Counted from the stretch's first letter, positions 36,530 to 47,059 are shown. The stretch: 64,000 bases of DNA from an uncultured Nitrospiraceae bacterium (GCA_963706325.1 CAVPLT010000004.1:160001-224000); one strand, 5' to 3'. The notes: generated from the letters alone by a model not told the origin. Numbers and translations are program-made.

Positions 36530-38206
36530 CTATCGTGACAATAGTGTCGGCCTGTACTCCAGTCGCACTACGATTCCTTCATCCGGCCCGAGCTGGAACT
36601 GGTCTGCGTTCCAGCGGTCTGTCCTCCTTTGCTGACTGGTGGAGAGGATGACCGTACCGACGCGTCCATGGATGGCAACCGTGGTCGGGATCGAGACCGT
36701 CTGTGTCCGTGAGCTGAAATTCACCGCGATGAGCATCGCTTCTGTGTTATTTTCGGCTTGGAAGCTCCGCTGATAGAGCAGACAGTCTTTCGGGCCAGCG
36801 TCAACCGGTTGGTAGGCCCCGGCGGTCAGTGCCCGCGATCCTTTCTTCAACCGAATGAGTCGCTTGTAGAGCGATAACAGCGAGTCGGGATCACGCTGTT
36901 CGCGTGCGGCGTTCGTTTTTCGCCAATCGCGAGACAAAGGCAGCCATGGCTTCCCGGTTGTGAATCCTGCCTGAAGCCCGTCGTCCCATGGCATCGGTGT
37001 CCTCGCGGGATCGCGACCGGTCTTCCACGGCCAATAGCGGATCGTGTAGGGATCGCGTAACTCCGATCGGCGCAGCTTCCCATCCCGCAATCCTACCTCT
37101 TCTCCATAATAGACAAAGGGTGTTCCGCGAAGTGTAAAGAGCAGCAGGGCGGCAGCCCTGGCTCTGCGCACTTGGTCACCGCCTTTGCCGTAGCGATCGA
37201 CATGCCGAGCCTGATCGTGATTACTGAAGACGACGGGAGGCCATCCGCCGAGCGGCACAGCCCGGTCGCTCTCTTCGATCAGTCGTCGAAAATGGTCCGC
37301 CCGCCATGACGATCGAAGAAGACGGAAATCGAACACCTCGTGCAGCTCGTTCGAACCGCTGCCATAGAATGACGCAGGCCCACCCGGAGTGTCGGACGAG
37401 GCTTCGCCGACGAGCAGTATGTCATTGCGGTCCTTGAGAGCCCCCCGCAGCGCTCGAAGGGCCTCGTGAGTTTGGGATTGATCGCGGTCGTAGCGGTGCT
37501 CTTGTCGATAGTAACTGCGCCACGCTAGCCGTCGAGGATTGTTGGGCCATGTCAGGTCTTTTCCCAGCCAGTTGATCGCGTCGAGACGGAAGCCGTCCAC
37601 GCCGCGATCGATCCAGAAACGAAGGACATCGAAAACGGCATCGCGTACGGACGGATTGGTCCAGTTTAGGTCCGGTTGCTGAGACAGGAACGAATGCAGG
37701 TAGTATTGGCCGGTGCGCGGATCACGAGACCAGGCCGATCCACCGAACCGCGCAGCCCAATTATTTGGGGGTCGGTTCTTCGACTTGCCGTCAGCCCAGT
37801 AATACCAGTTCCGTTTGGGAGAGGTGCGAGACGACCGCGATTCGATGAACCACGGATGCTGGTCGGATGTGTGATTTAGGACGAGGTCCATGAGGATGCG
37901 AATGTCGCGGCGGCGAGCTTCAGCCGTGAGACGGTCGAAGTCAGCCAGCGATCCGAAACGCGGATCGATGTCGCAGTAGTCCATGACGTCGTAGCCGAAG
38001 TCATGCATGGGCGAGGGATAGACAGGGGATAGCCAGATGGCATCGACGCCGAGTGAGTCGGGTGTCCCCTTGAGATAATCGAGCCGGCTGGTGATTCCCG
38101 GGAGGTCGCCGATCCCGTCCCCGTTAGAATCCTGAAATGACCAGGGGTAGATCTGATAGATGACGGCCGTTTGCCACCAGGGGAGGCCTGATTGAATCAA
38201 GCACAT
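36530..38206 (-). CDS. GH13 alpha-glucosidase
   Basis: WWQTAVIYQIYP, DLVLNHTS, QPDLNW, DGFRLDA, NHDQ, RDPARTPMPW. Confidence 0.92.
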   Translation of the reverse strand: MCLIQSGLPWWQTAVIYQIYPWSFQDSNGDGIGDLPGITSRLDYLKGTPDSLGVDAIWLSPVYPSPMHDFGYDVMDYCDIDPRFGSLADFDRLTAEARRRDIRILMDLVLNHTSDQHPWFIESRSSRTSPKRNWYYWADGKSKNRPPNNWAARFGGSAWSRDPRTGQYYLHSFLSQQPDLNWTNPSVRDAVFDVLRFWIDRGVDGFRLDAINWLGKDLTWPNNPRRLAWRSYYRQEHRYDRDQSQTHEALRALRGALKDRNDILLVGEASSDTPGGPASFYGSGSNELHEVFDFRLLRSSWRADHFRRLIEESDRAVPLGGWPPVVFSNHDQARHVDRYGKGGDQVRRARAAALLLFTLRGTPFVYYGEEVGLRDGKLRRSELRDPYTIRYWPWKTGRDPARTPMPWDDGLQAGFTTGKPWLPLSRDWRKTNAAREQRDPDSLLSLYKRLIRLKKGSRALTAGAYQPVDAGPKDCLLYQRSFQAENNTEAMLIAVNFSSRTQTVSIPTTVAIHGRVGTVILSTSQQRRTDRWNADQFQLGPDEGIVVRLEYRPTLLSR

Positions 38207-38480
38207 AGCATTGTTTCGAACTTACCTCAGATCTCCCATTTCCAACAAGCGACGCATGATTTTTTGCAACATGGAAAATATCCGCTCTTCGCGCTAACTG
38301 GAGTGATGGATGTATTGGCCCTCGTCGATTGGCAGTAGCCTTTTGCGACAGGGGGCGGGACGACCTGTTTTGTTTTCTTCTATATTTCAGGGTGACCGTT
38401 TTAGTATGATTTTCTTCCGCGCATGTCCCTGTCGGCTCAAGGGTATTGCTTTTATCAAACCGAGCGATAAATCCCCTCTT

Positions 38481-39161
38481 ATGTTGCCTCCTGTTCCTTC
38501 CTGCTGGAAGGCGTTACTCAGAGACGAAACGACCAGCAATTCTCTTCATACACTCGACACATTTCTCGAACAGGAAGCGGCTCAAGGGCGGCTTGTCTTA
38601 CCACCGCGGCAGGATATCTTCAGATCGCTGCAAATAACACCGTACGAGGCAGTCCGAGTCGTGCTGGTGGGCCAGGATCCCTACCACACTCCAGGCATGG
38701 CCCATGGCCTGTGTTTTTCCGTGCGATCTCACGTTCGCTCGTTGCCGCCGTCCCTGAAAAACATATATAAGGAACTCCGCGACGATGTCGGATGTCGCAT
38801 TCCGAACAATGGTTATTTGGAACCTTGGGCGAGGCAGGGTGTGTTAATGCTGAATACGGTCTTGACGGTTCGCGCGCATGCGGCCAATTCACATCGGGGA
38901 AAAGGGTGGGAGGCGGTGACCGACCGCATCCTTGAGGGGGTAAATGCCAAGCGGACTCGCGTGGTATTTGTGCTTTGGGGCGGGGAGGCGAAGAAGAAAC
39001 GATCGCTGGTGACGAACGCAGAGCATGTCGTCGTCACCAGTGCCCACCCTTCGCCATTGTCGGCCAGCAAGTTCTTTGGCTCACGGTGTTTCTCTCAGGT
39101 CAATCGAGCCCTCAGTGCAGCGAATCTCGCGCCGATCAATTGGCAAATTCCTGACATCTGA
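38481..39161 (+). CDS. ung: Uracil-DNA glycosylase (family 1)
   Basis: GQDPYH, LPPSLKNIYKEL, LNTVLTV, HPSPLS. Confidence 0.95.
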   Translation: MLPPVPSCWKALLRDETTSNSLHTLDTFLEQEAAQGRLVLPPRQDIFRSLQITPYEAVRVVLVGQDPYHTPGMAHGLCFSVRSHVRSLPPSLKNIYKELRDDVGCRIPNNGYLEPWARQGVLMLNTVLTVRAHAANSHRGKGWEAVTDRILEGVNAKRTRVVFVLWGGEAKKKRSLVTNAEHVVVTSAHPSPLSASKFFGSRCFSQVNRALSAANLAPINWQIPDI

Positions 39162-39208
39162 GTGACTGCTCCATCCAAGAGGGTTTTCAACCGCAAAATA
39201 AGATGAAT

Positions 39209-39238
39209 TTGACTTCTCGAGATGTAGTCTTTTATACT
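39209..39238 (+). promoter_or_regulatory. Sigma-70-like promoter for carbonic anhydrase
   Basis: TTGACT-18 bp-TATACT. Confidence 0.55.
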
Positions 39239-39294
39239 ACGAATAATGTGGTACCCAAGGTACAGTTTATGAGTTGTGGAGGTTGCCTCCGAGA

Positions 39295-40083
39295 ATGAAT
39301 AGGTGTCTGGGGCTGAGCCTTAGTCTCACAGTGCTAAGCGTGACGGGTAGCTTGTGGGCGGCCGATGGTGATGTGGCCGCCGTGCAAGGACTCATTCCCA
39401 CACATGCGGTGCCACTGCAATGGCAGTATGACGGGGATCAGGGGCCCACGCACTGGGGGGCGTTGGCCACGACCACCGCATCCTGTGAAAAAGGCACTCA
39501 TCAGTCGCCCATCAACATCCGAACTGCACCCCATCTTCAGGGCCACGATGGCCTCTTGATTCGCTACACCGCAGTTCCAGGTCACGTCGTGACTTCATCT
39601 CACACTGTCGAGGTGGATTTTCAGTCAGGCGGTACGCTCGAAATCCTTGGACGGTCTTATGCCCTCAAGGAGTTCCACTTTCATGCGCCGAGTGAACATC
39701 AACTCAATGGCCGTGTATACCCTATGGAAGCCCATCTCGTGCATCGAGATGAGACGGGTCATCTTGTTGTGCTGGCGGTGTTGATGGACCTTGGAACTGA
39801 ATCGACGTCGATGTCAGCCGTCTGGGAGCGGATTCCGAGCGGAAAACAGGAAGCCGTTCGCGACCTGCTGCTTAATCCGCAGGACCTGCTTCCGACAGAC
39901 TTGCATCACTATGCCTATGACGGGTCGCTCACGACACCTCCCTGTACCGAAGGCGTCCATTGGATTGTGCTCAAATCACCCATTGCTATCACGGCAACTC
40001 ATCTCGATCGATTTATTGCTCTCATCGGTTACAACGCCCGTCCTGTCCAGCCACTGAATGAGCGGGGCATTGAAGAGGAGTGA
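39295..40083 (+). CDS. Alpha-class carbonic anhydrase, periplasmic
   Basis: Signal peptide, QSPINI, EFHFHAPSEH, EAHLVH, GSLTTPPCTEGV. Confidence 0.95.
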   Translation: MNRCLGLSLSLTVLSVTGSLWAADGDVAAVQGLIPTHAVPLQWQYDGDQGPTHWGALATTTASCEKGTHQSPINIRTAPHLQGHDGLLIRYTAVPGHVVTSSHTVEVDFQSGGTLEILGRSYALKEFHFHAPSEHQLNGRVYPMEAHLVHRDETGHLVVLAVLMDLGTESTSMSAVWERIPSGKQEAVRDLLLNPQDLLPTDLHHYAYDGSLTTPPCTEGVHWIVLKSPIAITATHLDRFIALIGYNARPVQPLNERGIEEE

Positions 40084-41263
40084 GGGACTGGACCGGTGAT
40101 GCACCCCGCCCTCTAGACATCGTGGCTCCAGGTGACGTTCTGATTCGACCTTCGAATTTCTATCCTTCAACGTAGATTCTTGAAGAACCACCGGCCTTCG
40201 ATGGCCATTTATCTGTATAGTCGGCTGCTACCTTCCGATGTAGCGGCAGGAATCTATCCAATATCTCCACTGTGCCGCCTTCCCAAAAGATCAGAGTTGT
40301 TTATTGCGAGAAAACGCAACGGCACATGGGACTTAAGGCTCAGGGGGGTGTGCGTGGTAAACCCTGTGTAGCCTGTCAGCTCTCTTGGCTCACGGCGCAC
40401 ATTCCTATTATGCGTGACGCAGCCAGAAACCAATATATCGAACTAGCTCGCACGGACGGAGGGAGAGCACGTGATTAACGGAGCCGATTGCATAGTAACA
40501 AAGTCCGGTAGAGATAGGGCCCAGCGGATAAAGGGGGGCGTAGCAAGCGCAAGCACACTGCATCCATAGGCGCATTCTCTCACGATTGGGCAAACAAACT
40601 GCTCCGCTGCCCTTGTTCGCTGCAAAAGGAGAGCGAATGGATGGTGTAGGGTCGATAATAATTATACTCGTATAGAATCATGTGCTTGCATCGGATACCC
40701 ATCGTTGGCGCATTGACACCAGGCGCTGCCCTCTATAGGGTGACTTGCATGACGACCGAGCCACGTCGGCTTTCCCCTTGCGCGTGCAAGTCCCAAGTCT
40801 CCGCCGCTTCGACGCCACAGAACAACAGTTTCATCATGTTCCTCTGACAGCGATGCTTCCAGAGGTCAACGGCTTGATTTATAACGGCGGCACTCTGGTT
40901 TTTCGATGAGGCGTGCACAGGACGTGACAAGCTGTCTCGCTCGAGCAGAAGCCGCCGCATCGGAGCCGTCGAAGATTCGTTAACGATGTGTTTGGCCAGA
41001 AGTACCGCAAGTTTCGACTCCCGGACAGCGGATGGTTGCAGGACAAAGCTGTCAGCGAGATGAGTCAGGGCGAGCCTTGATGCAAGTCGCTCCCGGGCGA
41101 TGGTGTCAAATACTGAATGCGCTGTCCTGGAGGAGCGCTCTGAGGCTCCTGGGGGGATTGTATGTGGCTAGTGGCGTGGTCGCTTCGGCGCAGACCATGA
41201 TAGCGGGGGCGTTTGACTGGCTGTGCAATGCTGAGATCAGGTCGAATTCAACATAAGGGATTT

Positions 41264-41560
41264 ATGAGCATAGAACGTCGTGTTCGATCAAGGCCAGCTG
41301 GTAGGCTCGGGGCATTAGAGGAACGGAGGGTCGAAGGATCCGCTTACGTTCAGGTACGAGCCGCTCGTGATATGGCGCTGGACATCAATACCGTCCAGCT
41401 ACCTAGGTTGAAATCATTGACCGGGATCGGTGAACACTACGCGCAAAAGATCGTGGAGGGTCGGCCATACCGGGATCGGGAAGAATTGCTGACGCGGCAC
41501 ATCTTGCCGCACTACATTTATGGACGCATCATGGAACGGCTTTGCGTGAGTCGGCCGTAG
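41264..41560 (+). CDS. Helix-hairpin-helix (ComEA-like) DNA-binding protein
   Basis: LDINT...LKSLTGIGEHYAQKIVEGRPY. Confidence 0.75.
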   Translation: MSIERRVRSRPAGRLGALEERRVEGSAYVQVRAARDMALDINTVQLPRLKSLTGIGEHYAQKIVEGRPYRDREELLTRHILPHYIYGRIMERLCVSRP

Positions 41561-41668
41561 CGGATACAAGATCGATTGGCTGCAGCCGGTGACCATTCGG
41601 GCTCCCCAAGCCAGGTGTGCTGTCATCAGGTCTGAAACATAGCCTCTAAGATGGAAGGGGACGACTGT

Positions 41669-42346
41669 ATGACACCCACTGGCGAGACGGTAGTGATGAT
41701 GCGTAGGCGCGGATCGCGGTCGGGGTATTGGCGGGAAGTGATAGCGGTGGTGATGGTGACCTGTTTCATGAGCTTGACGCCAGCACATGCAGCCGGCCTT
41801 GAGGAGGGACCGACTGAGGCTGTGAAGGAGACGGTTACGGAACTTCTCTATATCTTGAAAGAGTTTAAAGGCCCGAGCCGTTCCGAAGCACGCCGTTCTG
41901 AAATTGAGCAAGTGATTCGACGCCGAGTACATTACGAGGACATGGCCAAGCGATCTCTGGGATCGTCCTGGGCACAGATGAACGACATGGGGCGGCAGGA
42001 GTATGTGGGGCTCTTCGTGCAATTGCTTCGCGATGCCCTTGCAAACCGGATGATTGAATATTCCGGAGAACGGATCAGCTACCTGTCTGAGCGACGAGAG
42101 TCAGGATTCGCCGAGATCAAGACCAGCCTTGTGGGCGACAAGGTCGACACCTTCATAGACTTTCGATTGATGAATCAGAATGGACAGTGGTTGGTGTATG
42201 ACGCGGTCATGGACGGATCGAGCCTGGTAGGAAGTTACCATGCCCAATTCGCCAGCATAATTCGGGAGGCGTCCTGTGCGCAATTGATGGAGCGAATCAA
42301 AGAAAAAACGTTGATCGTGAAATTATTTGAGAGAAGCGGTTCCTAA
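41669..42346 (+). CDS. MlaC/Ttg2D-family periplasmic lipid-binding protein
   Basis: Signal peptide, MAKRSLG, WLVYDAVMDGSSLVGSYHAQF. Confidence 0.85.
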   Translation: MTPTGETVVMMRRRGSRSGYWREVIAVVMVTCFMSLTPAHAAGLEEGPTEAVKETVTELLYILKEFKGPSRSEARRSEIEQVIRRRVHYEDMAKRSLGSSWAQMNDMGRQEYVGLFVQLLRDALANRMIEYSGERISYLSERRESGFAEIKTSLVGDKVDTFIDFRLMNQNGQWLVYDAVMDGSSLVGSYHAQFASIIREASCAQLMERIKEKTLIVKLFERSGS

Positions 42347-42398
42347 ATTGTCTAATCCTGGACAAGGTCGAGAGTGGTTATTGCTAACGGAGAGAGCA

Positions 42399-42587
42399 AT
42401 GAGATGTCCCCGCTGTTACGGTCCGATGATGATGATCAAAATGAAGGACATCGTAACTGACACGATGGCTTATGGTTGGGGCTGTCGGCAATGCGGCGCG
42501 GTTATCGATTCCCTAATCGATATTCATCGCCAGTGGCACCTGGAGCCGCGCGCGACGTGGGCGCATTTGGCCGTCGCTTCCTGTTAG
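42399..42587 (+). CDS. Small CxxC...CxxC zinc-ribbon-like protein
   Basis: MRCPRCYG...WGCRQCGAVID; GGAGAG ribosome-binding site. Confidence 0.65.
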   Translation: MRCPRCYGPMMMIKMKDIVTDTMAYGWGCRQCGAVIDSLIDIHRQWHLEPRATWAHLAVASC

Positions 42588-42651
42588 TCGGAATCTGAAT
42601 GAGATGAGCTGAAGTGCGTACCCTCTGGAATCAGGAAGAAGAAACCCCGTT

Positions 42652-42820
42652 ATGCTGAATGCTGCCCTGACGTGTATGGCGCTCGGTCTCATAATTTTGG
42701 GCATAAATTGGACCGGTGTGGCTGAGATGTCGGCACAAAATGTACTGGCTTTTTACTGTCGGCGGTATGCTCCTGATGGGAATTCATCTGGTAACAAGGC
42801 GTCCGGCTCGTGTATGGTAA
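42652..42820 (+). pseudogene. DUF1328-like small two-helix membrane protein with a +1 frameshift
   Basis: MLNAALTCMALGLIILGINWTGVAEMSAQ; removing one A from the run at about 42737-42740 continues MYWLFTVGGMLLMGIHLVTRRPARVW*. Confidence 0.6.
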
Positions 42821-42941
42821 GGCGTCGCGGAAAGTACGGCGACAAAAATTTCTAGATGTCTTGGGGGCTCCTGAGTATGTATCGGTGCAAATTTCGATAG
42901 CCACCGTCATGCCAGAATAGAAAAATGCATTAGGGGGCAGT

Positions 42942-43124
42942 ATGACACCGGAAGAAAGAATTGCGAGCATGACCAAAGCGATCAATCTGGCCATCAAGGT
43001 GATGGGAGATCGTTTTGGGTCGACAGAAGAAGATGTGGCCCGAACCATTCAAGCGTTGAAGGGCTCGCTGCAAACGGTTCCGCAAGAAAAGAACCGGCCC
43101 GTTGCGGACGCCGTACAAGCTTAA
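42942..43124 (+). CDS. Small hypothetical protein
   Basis: 60 aa, AGGGGG ribosome-binding site, helical amphipathic character. Confidence 0.5.
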   Translation: MTPEERIASMTKAINLAIKVMGDRFGSTEEDVARTIQALKGSLQTVPQEKNRPVADAVQA

Positions 43125-43239
43125 AAGAGGCGACAGCGCAAAACGAGAGGTTGTTTAGTCGCATAATTAGATCCCATTTTATAAGTCGTGCCCTATTCGT
43201 CCCCGTCTGAGTGATGGAGTAGGTAGGCCTCAATAACTC

Positions 43240-43268
43240 TTGACTACGATCGCTATTGGGCTTAGCCT
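43240..43268 (+). promoter_or_regulatory. Sigma-70 promoter of the erpA-like/oxidoreductase operon
   Basis: TTGACT-17 bp-TAGCCT. Confidence 0.65.
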
Positions 43269-43274
43269 GAGACT

Positions 43275-43373
43275 ATGACGTCCCAAGCACCGCCGACTGT
43301 TCTCTCCCTCGCGCTTCTGCTTTCTTTTCCGCGCGACTGATTGCCAGATCTTCGTCGCTTCTTACGCCAGAGT
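43275..43373 (+). ncRNA. Candidate cis-regulatory leader RNA, copy A
   Basis: Homologous to 47283-47373; begins at the predicted transcription start; TCGCGC/GCGCGA stem. Confidence 0.5.
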
Positions 43374-43503
43374 GTCCTGCGCTGACCGGTGATGAACTTC
43401 TCCGTGTACGGAGCGATTGTCGATCCGGCGAAGAATATCTCTCACGCCCGTCCCAACTGAAACAGTTTGTTCGATCCATACAGCGGTAGAAGGGGATAAA
43501 TCT

Positions 43504-43826
43504 ATGATTACCATCACGACGACGGCTGAAGAAAAGATTCGGGAGTTGATGCTGGAGGAAAAGGATACGCTCGGTTTGCGTGTGTATGTGAAGGGCGGAG
43601 GGCTGCCATGGTTATCAGTACGGAATGGCCTTCGAGTCCAAGATGGCGACGACGATACGGTCATCGAAAAGGGTGACGTCAAGGTGATTATGGATTCGCA
43701 AAGCGCTCCGCTGTTGAACGGCTGTGAAGTTGATTATGTCGGATAGTGTTCAAGGGCTCGGGGTTCGCGATCAAGAACCCGCAAGCAAAGACAACGTGCG
43801 GGTGCGGCAGTTCATTCAGCGCGTAA
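43504..43826 (+). CDS. erpA: A-type Fe-S carrier (ErpA/IscA/HesB family), reading frame broken by three single-base indels
   Basis: ITITTTAEEKI, LRVYVKGGG-C-HGYQYG, IKNPQAKTTCGCGSSF; indels near 43601, 43646 and 43741, likely sequence errors. Confidence 0.85.
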
Positions 43827-43884
43827 CTCGTTACCTAAGGGGCGTGTCTGCGCGGATGTCACTTGAATGAAGGGAGATCGAACC

Positions 43885-45091
43885 ATGGAACCTACATCCC
43901 TGATCGGAACAAAAAATAAGAAGGGGCAGGTCTTCACGGATCCCCGCATCATGATGCGGGAGGCTCCTCGCACCCCGTCGTTCTACACCGGGAGTGAAGT
44001 CATTAAAGAAGCCATCAGGCGCGCCAGTATCGATGTGATGATTGCCTATCCGATCACTCCTCAGAGCGAAGCGGCGGCGTTGATCGGTGAGCTGTTTGCC
44101 GAAGGTTATATCGGCGATTATTTCCGTGGGGAAAGCGAATTTGCTGTGATGTCGCAGTGCGCGGGAGCCGCATTTGGTGGAGCCCGGGTGTTCACGACGA
44201 CGGCCGGACCGGGCACGATGCGGGCCATGGAAAACTTTCCCATGTGGGCCGGCGCGCGCTTGCCGATCCAATGCATTGTGACCTGCCGCGGCATCAATTC
44301 CCCATTGTCGATTCAGCCGGATACCATTGAAATCTCCTACCTGATGCAGACCGGTATGTTGGTGTGGCATGCGGAGACGGCACAGGATTTCTACGACTGG
44401 ATTCTCATGGGTTACATGGTGTCGGAGGAGCCGGACGTGCATTTGCCCTTGGCGCTCTGTTGTGACGGATTTTTTGTCACGCATACCAAAGACGTGGTTG
44501 ATCTCACGCCGACCGACATGTGCCTGCCGCCCTACGATCCTTACCGATCGCCGGTGCCCTTGCATGGATATGGAATGTCCTCCGGTTCGGATGATGCGCG
44601 ATCCATTCATCATGAAGAGCAACTACATCAGTTATGCGACTCACGCAAGTTGGCAACAAGAAATCTGGGCCGCAGCCGAACGGTCGAGAAAACACACCAT
44701 CGCGTGGCTGAATGGACTCATCGAGACGGAAGACGTCGAAGCCGATGTGCTCATCGTCACGTCAGGTACGGCCGTGTCTCAGGGCCGTGAGGCCATCCGT
44801 CTGCTGGCCGACGAGGGAATTCGAGTCGGACTCGTGAAGGTCAAGACGCTCCGGCCCTGGCCGGAAGAAGAAATTAAGGAAGCGACCAAGCACGCCACAC
44901 ATATCATTGTCCCAGAGTTCAATGTGATCGGTTGGATGGCGAAGGAAATCAAGGCCACCATTCCGAGGAGCGAGCGCGTCGTGGCCGGTCCGCGGGTGTG
45001 CGGCGGCATGACCATGCCACCGGAAATTATCGTGGAAGAAATTAAGCGTGCGCTCGGCATACGCTCGACGACCCTCGCCGCTCGCGGCTGA
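43885..45091 (+). CDS. 2-oxoacid:ferredoxin oxidoreductase alpha subunit (multi-subunit Por/For type), one frameshift
   Basis: AYPITPQS motif; N- and C-terminal halves join across an indel near 44560. Confidence 0.88.
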
Positions 45092-45172
45092 CGGGCAACG
45101 AGTCAACCTGAAGACGGTAGTGACACCACAGTGCAAAAGTGAACCTCAGCAGAGCTGAGAGGAGAGATAAAT

Positions 45173-46070
45173 ATGAGTAAAGAACGCATCACCATTTCCC
45201 CCGATCTCTACGACATTATGCCGGCGGACTATCAGGATTTGGTCAGCAAAGCGACTTATGGCAAGGAAGATCGTGGTTGGAAAGATATTGGTACGTCTAA
45301 GGAACTTATTGAACAGCATTCGCTCTGTGCAGGATGTCCGGAATCCATGGCGTTTCGCTATATCCTGGCCTCGCTTCCCAATCCAGAGGACACGGTGATG
45401 GTCGGCTCGACCGGATGCACGAGTCTCGTGTTTCCGATGGTGGCCGTCCATAATATTCACTCGCTGTTCGGCAATCAGAATGCCATCGCCTCAGGGCTGA
45501 AGCGGGCGTTGAGCGTCCGCTTTCCTGATCGTGTCAAGGATGTGGTGGTGCTGGCGGGTGATGGCGCGACGGTAGACATCGGCTTGGATATGACGCTTCA
45601 AGCATGGTTCCGGCAGGAAAAGTTCACCACCATTTGCTTCGACAATGAACTGTACGCCAATACCGGCGGACAAGAGAGCGGTCTCATGCAGAAGGGTTTC
45701 GTCGCCAAAATGGCGCCGGTCGGAAAGCTTTTCGATAAGGTGCGTCTCGCCCGAGATCGCGCGGGAATCCGGCTGTCACTACATCGTGAATTGCACGGTG
45801 AGCAAGCCGTCACTGGTCGAAAAGGTGGTCCGCAACGCGGTCTTGATCGCTCGGGAAATCGGGCCGACTTATCTTCAGCTCTATACTCCGTGTATTTTGG
45901 AGATCGGTAAGAACAGCATGGAAGGTTTGCAGGAAATGCGAGACTCTGAAAAGCCGGCAGAAAGATTCGCATTCAAGGAATATATCAGCGAGCCGGCAAA
46001 ACAGCTCTTGGCGGAAAGAGACGCCAAGGCAAAGGAAAAGAAAGCCGCCGCGAAGCAATTGGTTTCGTGA
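45173..46070 (+). CDS. 2-oxoacid:ferredoxin oxidoreductase beta subunit, paralog 1, one frameshift
   Basis: HSLCAGC, TGC, TPP motif GDG...DNELYANTGGQ, YTPC; indel near 45749. Confidence 0.88.
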
Positions 46071-46122
46071 GAGGCGTCCATCTTACCACCGCACGCGCGG
46101 CTACGAGAGAGTGAGGTTTTAG

Positions 46123-47013
46123 ATGAGTCTTGATTATGTGAAATTTACACCCGGATTTGAGCAGTTCATGCCCAAAGAATATCGGGATATGGTCGAACAC
46201 GGCCCATTTGGAAAGAAGACGACCGTCTCGCAAATGGGGAGCTTCAAGGAAATCCTTGAAGAGCACCCGATGTGTGCCGGTTGTGCCATGACGTTGTTCA
46301 TTCGTTTAGCGATCATTGCCTTTCCGAATCCCGAAGACACCATCACGGTCGGGACAGCCGGCTGCGGACGATTGGCGATTTCGCAGGCAGCGATTCCGTT
46401 CGTCTATGGAAATTACGGTGATCAGAATGGCGTCGCCAGCGGCCTTTCGCGTGGGTTACGGCTCCGTTTCGGGGACAAGCCGAAGGATGTTGTGGTGATC
46501 GCAGGTGATGGGGGAACGGCCGACATCGGGTTCCAGCAGGTTTTGCACTCTTGGTTCCGGAAGGAACGTTTTACGACCATCATGCTGGACAACGAGGTGT
46601 ATGGCAACACGGGTGGACAGGAAAGCGGGATGACGACCCGAGGGGCTGTACTCAAGATGGCTCCTCTCGGAAAGAAGTTCGAGAAGATGGATATGGTCAC
46701 GATGGCCAAAGTTTCAGGTTGCGCCTATATCGCCACGGTTGTGCCCAACAATCCGCGGCGAGTGGAAAGCGTCATCAAGAAGGCGGTGTTGATCGCCCGA
46801 GAGGTTGGTCCGACCTACATCCAAGCGTATACGTCCTGCAACATTGAATATGCGATTCCCACCGATAAGGTGATGGAAGATGCGAAGACGGTTGAAGATG
46901 ATCGGTACAAATTCACCGAATATGTCAGTGATGAAGCCAAAGCTTATTTGGCTGAACGATACGGGTATAAAGAGTTCATTCCAAAGGCATCCGCCACGCC
47001 CACCATCGCATAG
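46123..47013 (+). CDS. 2-oxoacid:ferredoxin oxidoreductase beta subunit, paralog 2
   Basis: HPMCAGC, AGC, GDGG...DNEVYGNTGGQ, YTSC; intact. Confidence 0.92.
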   Translation: MSLDYVKFTPGFEQFMPKEYRDMVEHGPFGKKTTVSQMGSFKEILEEHPMCAGCAMTLFIRLAIIAFPNPEDTITVGTAGCGRLAISQAAIPFVYGNYGDQNGVASGLSRGLRLRFGDKPKDVVVIAGDGGTADIGFQQVLHSWFRKERFTTIMLDNEVYGNTGGQESGMTTRGAVLKMAPLGKKFEKMDMVTMAKVSGCAYIATVVPNNPRRVESVIKKAVLIAREVGPTYIQAYTSCNIEYAIPTDKVMEDAKTVEDDRYKFTEYVSDEAKAYLAERYGYKEFIPKASATPTIA

Positions 47014-47059
47014 TCGGGTCCTGGTCTGAGACTCTTACATGTGACGGGATCGAAAATAC

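Noticed and set aside
36530..38206. GH13 enzyme as the missing TreS
   Set aside because: Its motifs (HSFLSQQPDLN, DAINWL, RDPARTPMPW) fit alpha-glucosidases better than TreS.
40084..41260. 1.2-kb gap with short ORFs
   Set aside because: No convincing ribosome-binding site, domain or repeat structure found by eye.
43590..45760. Programmed ribosomal frameshifting in erpA/oxidoreductase genes
   Set aside because: There are no canonical slippery heptamers, and three shifts in one 100-aa gene are better explained by indel errors.
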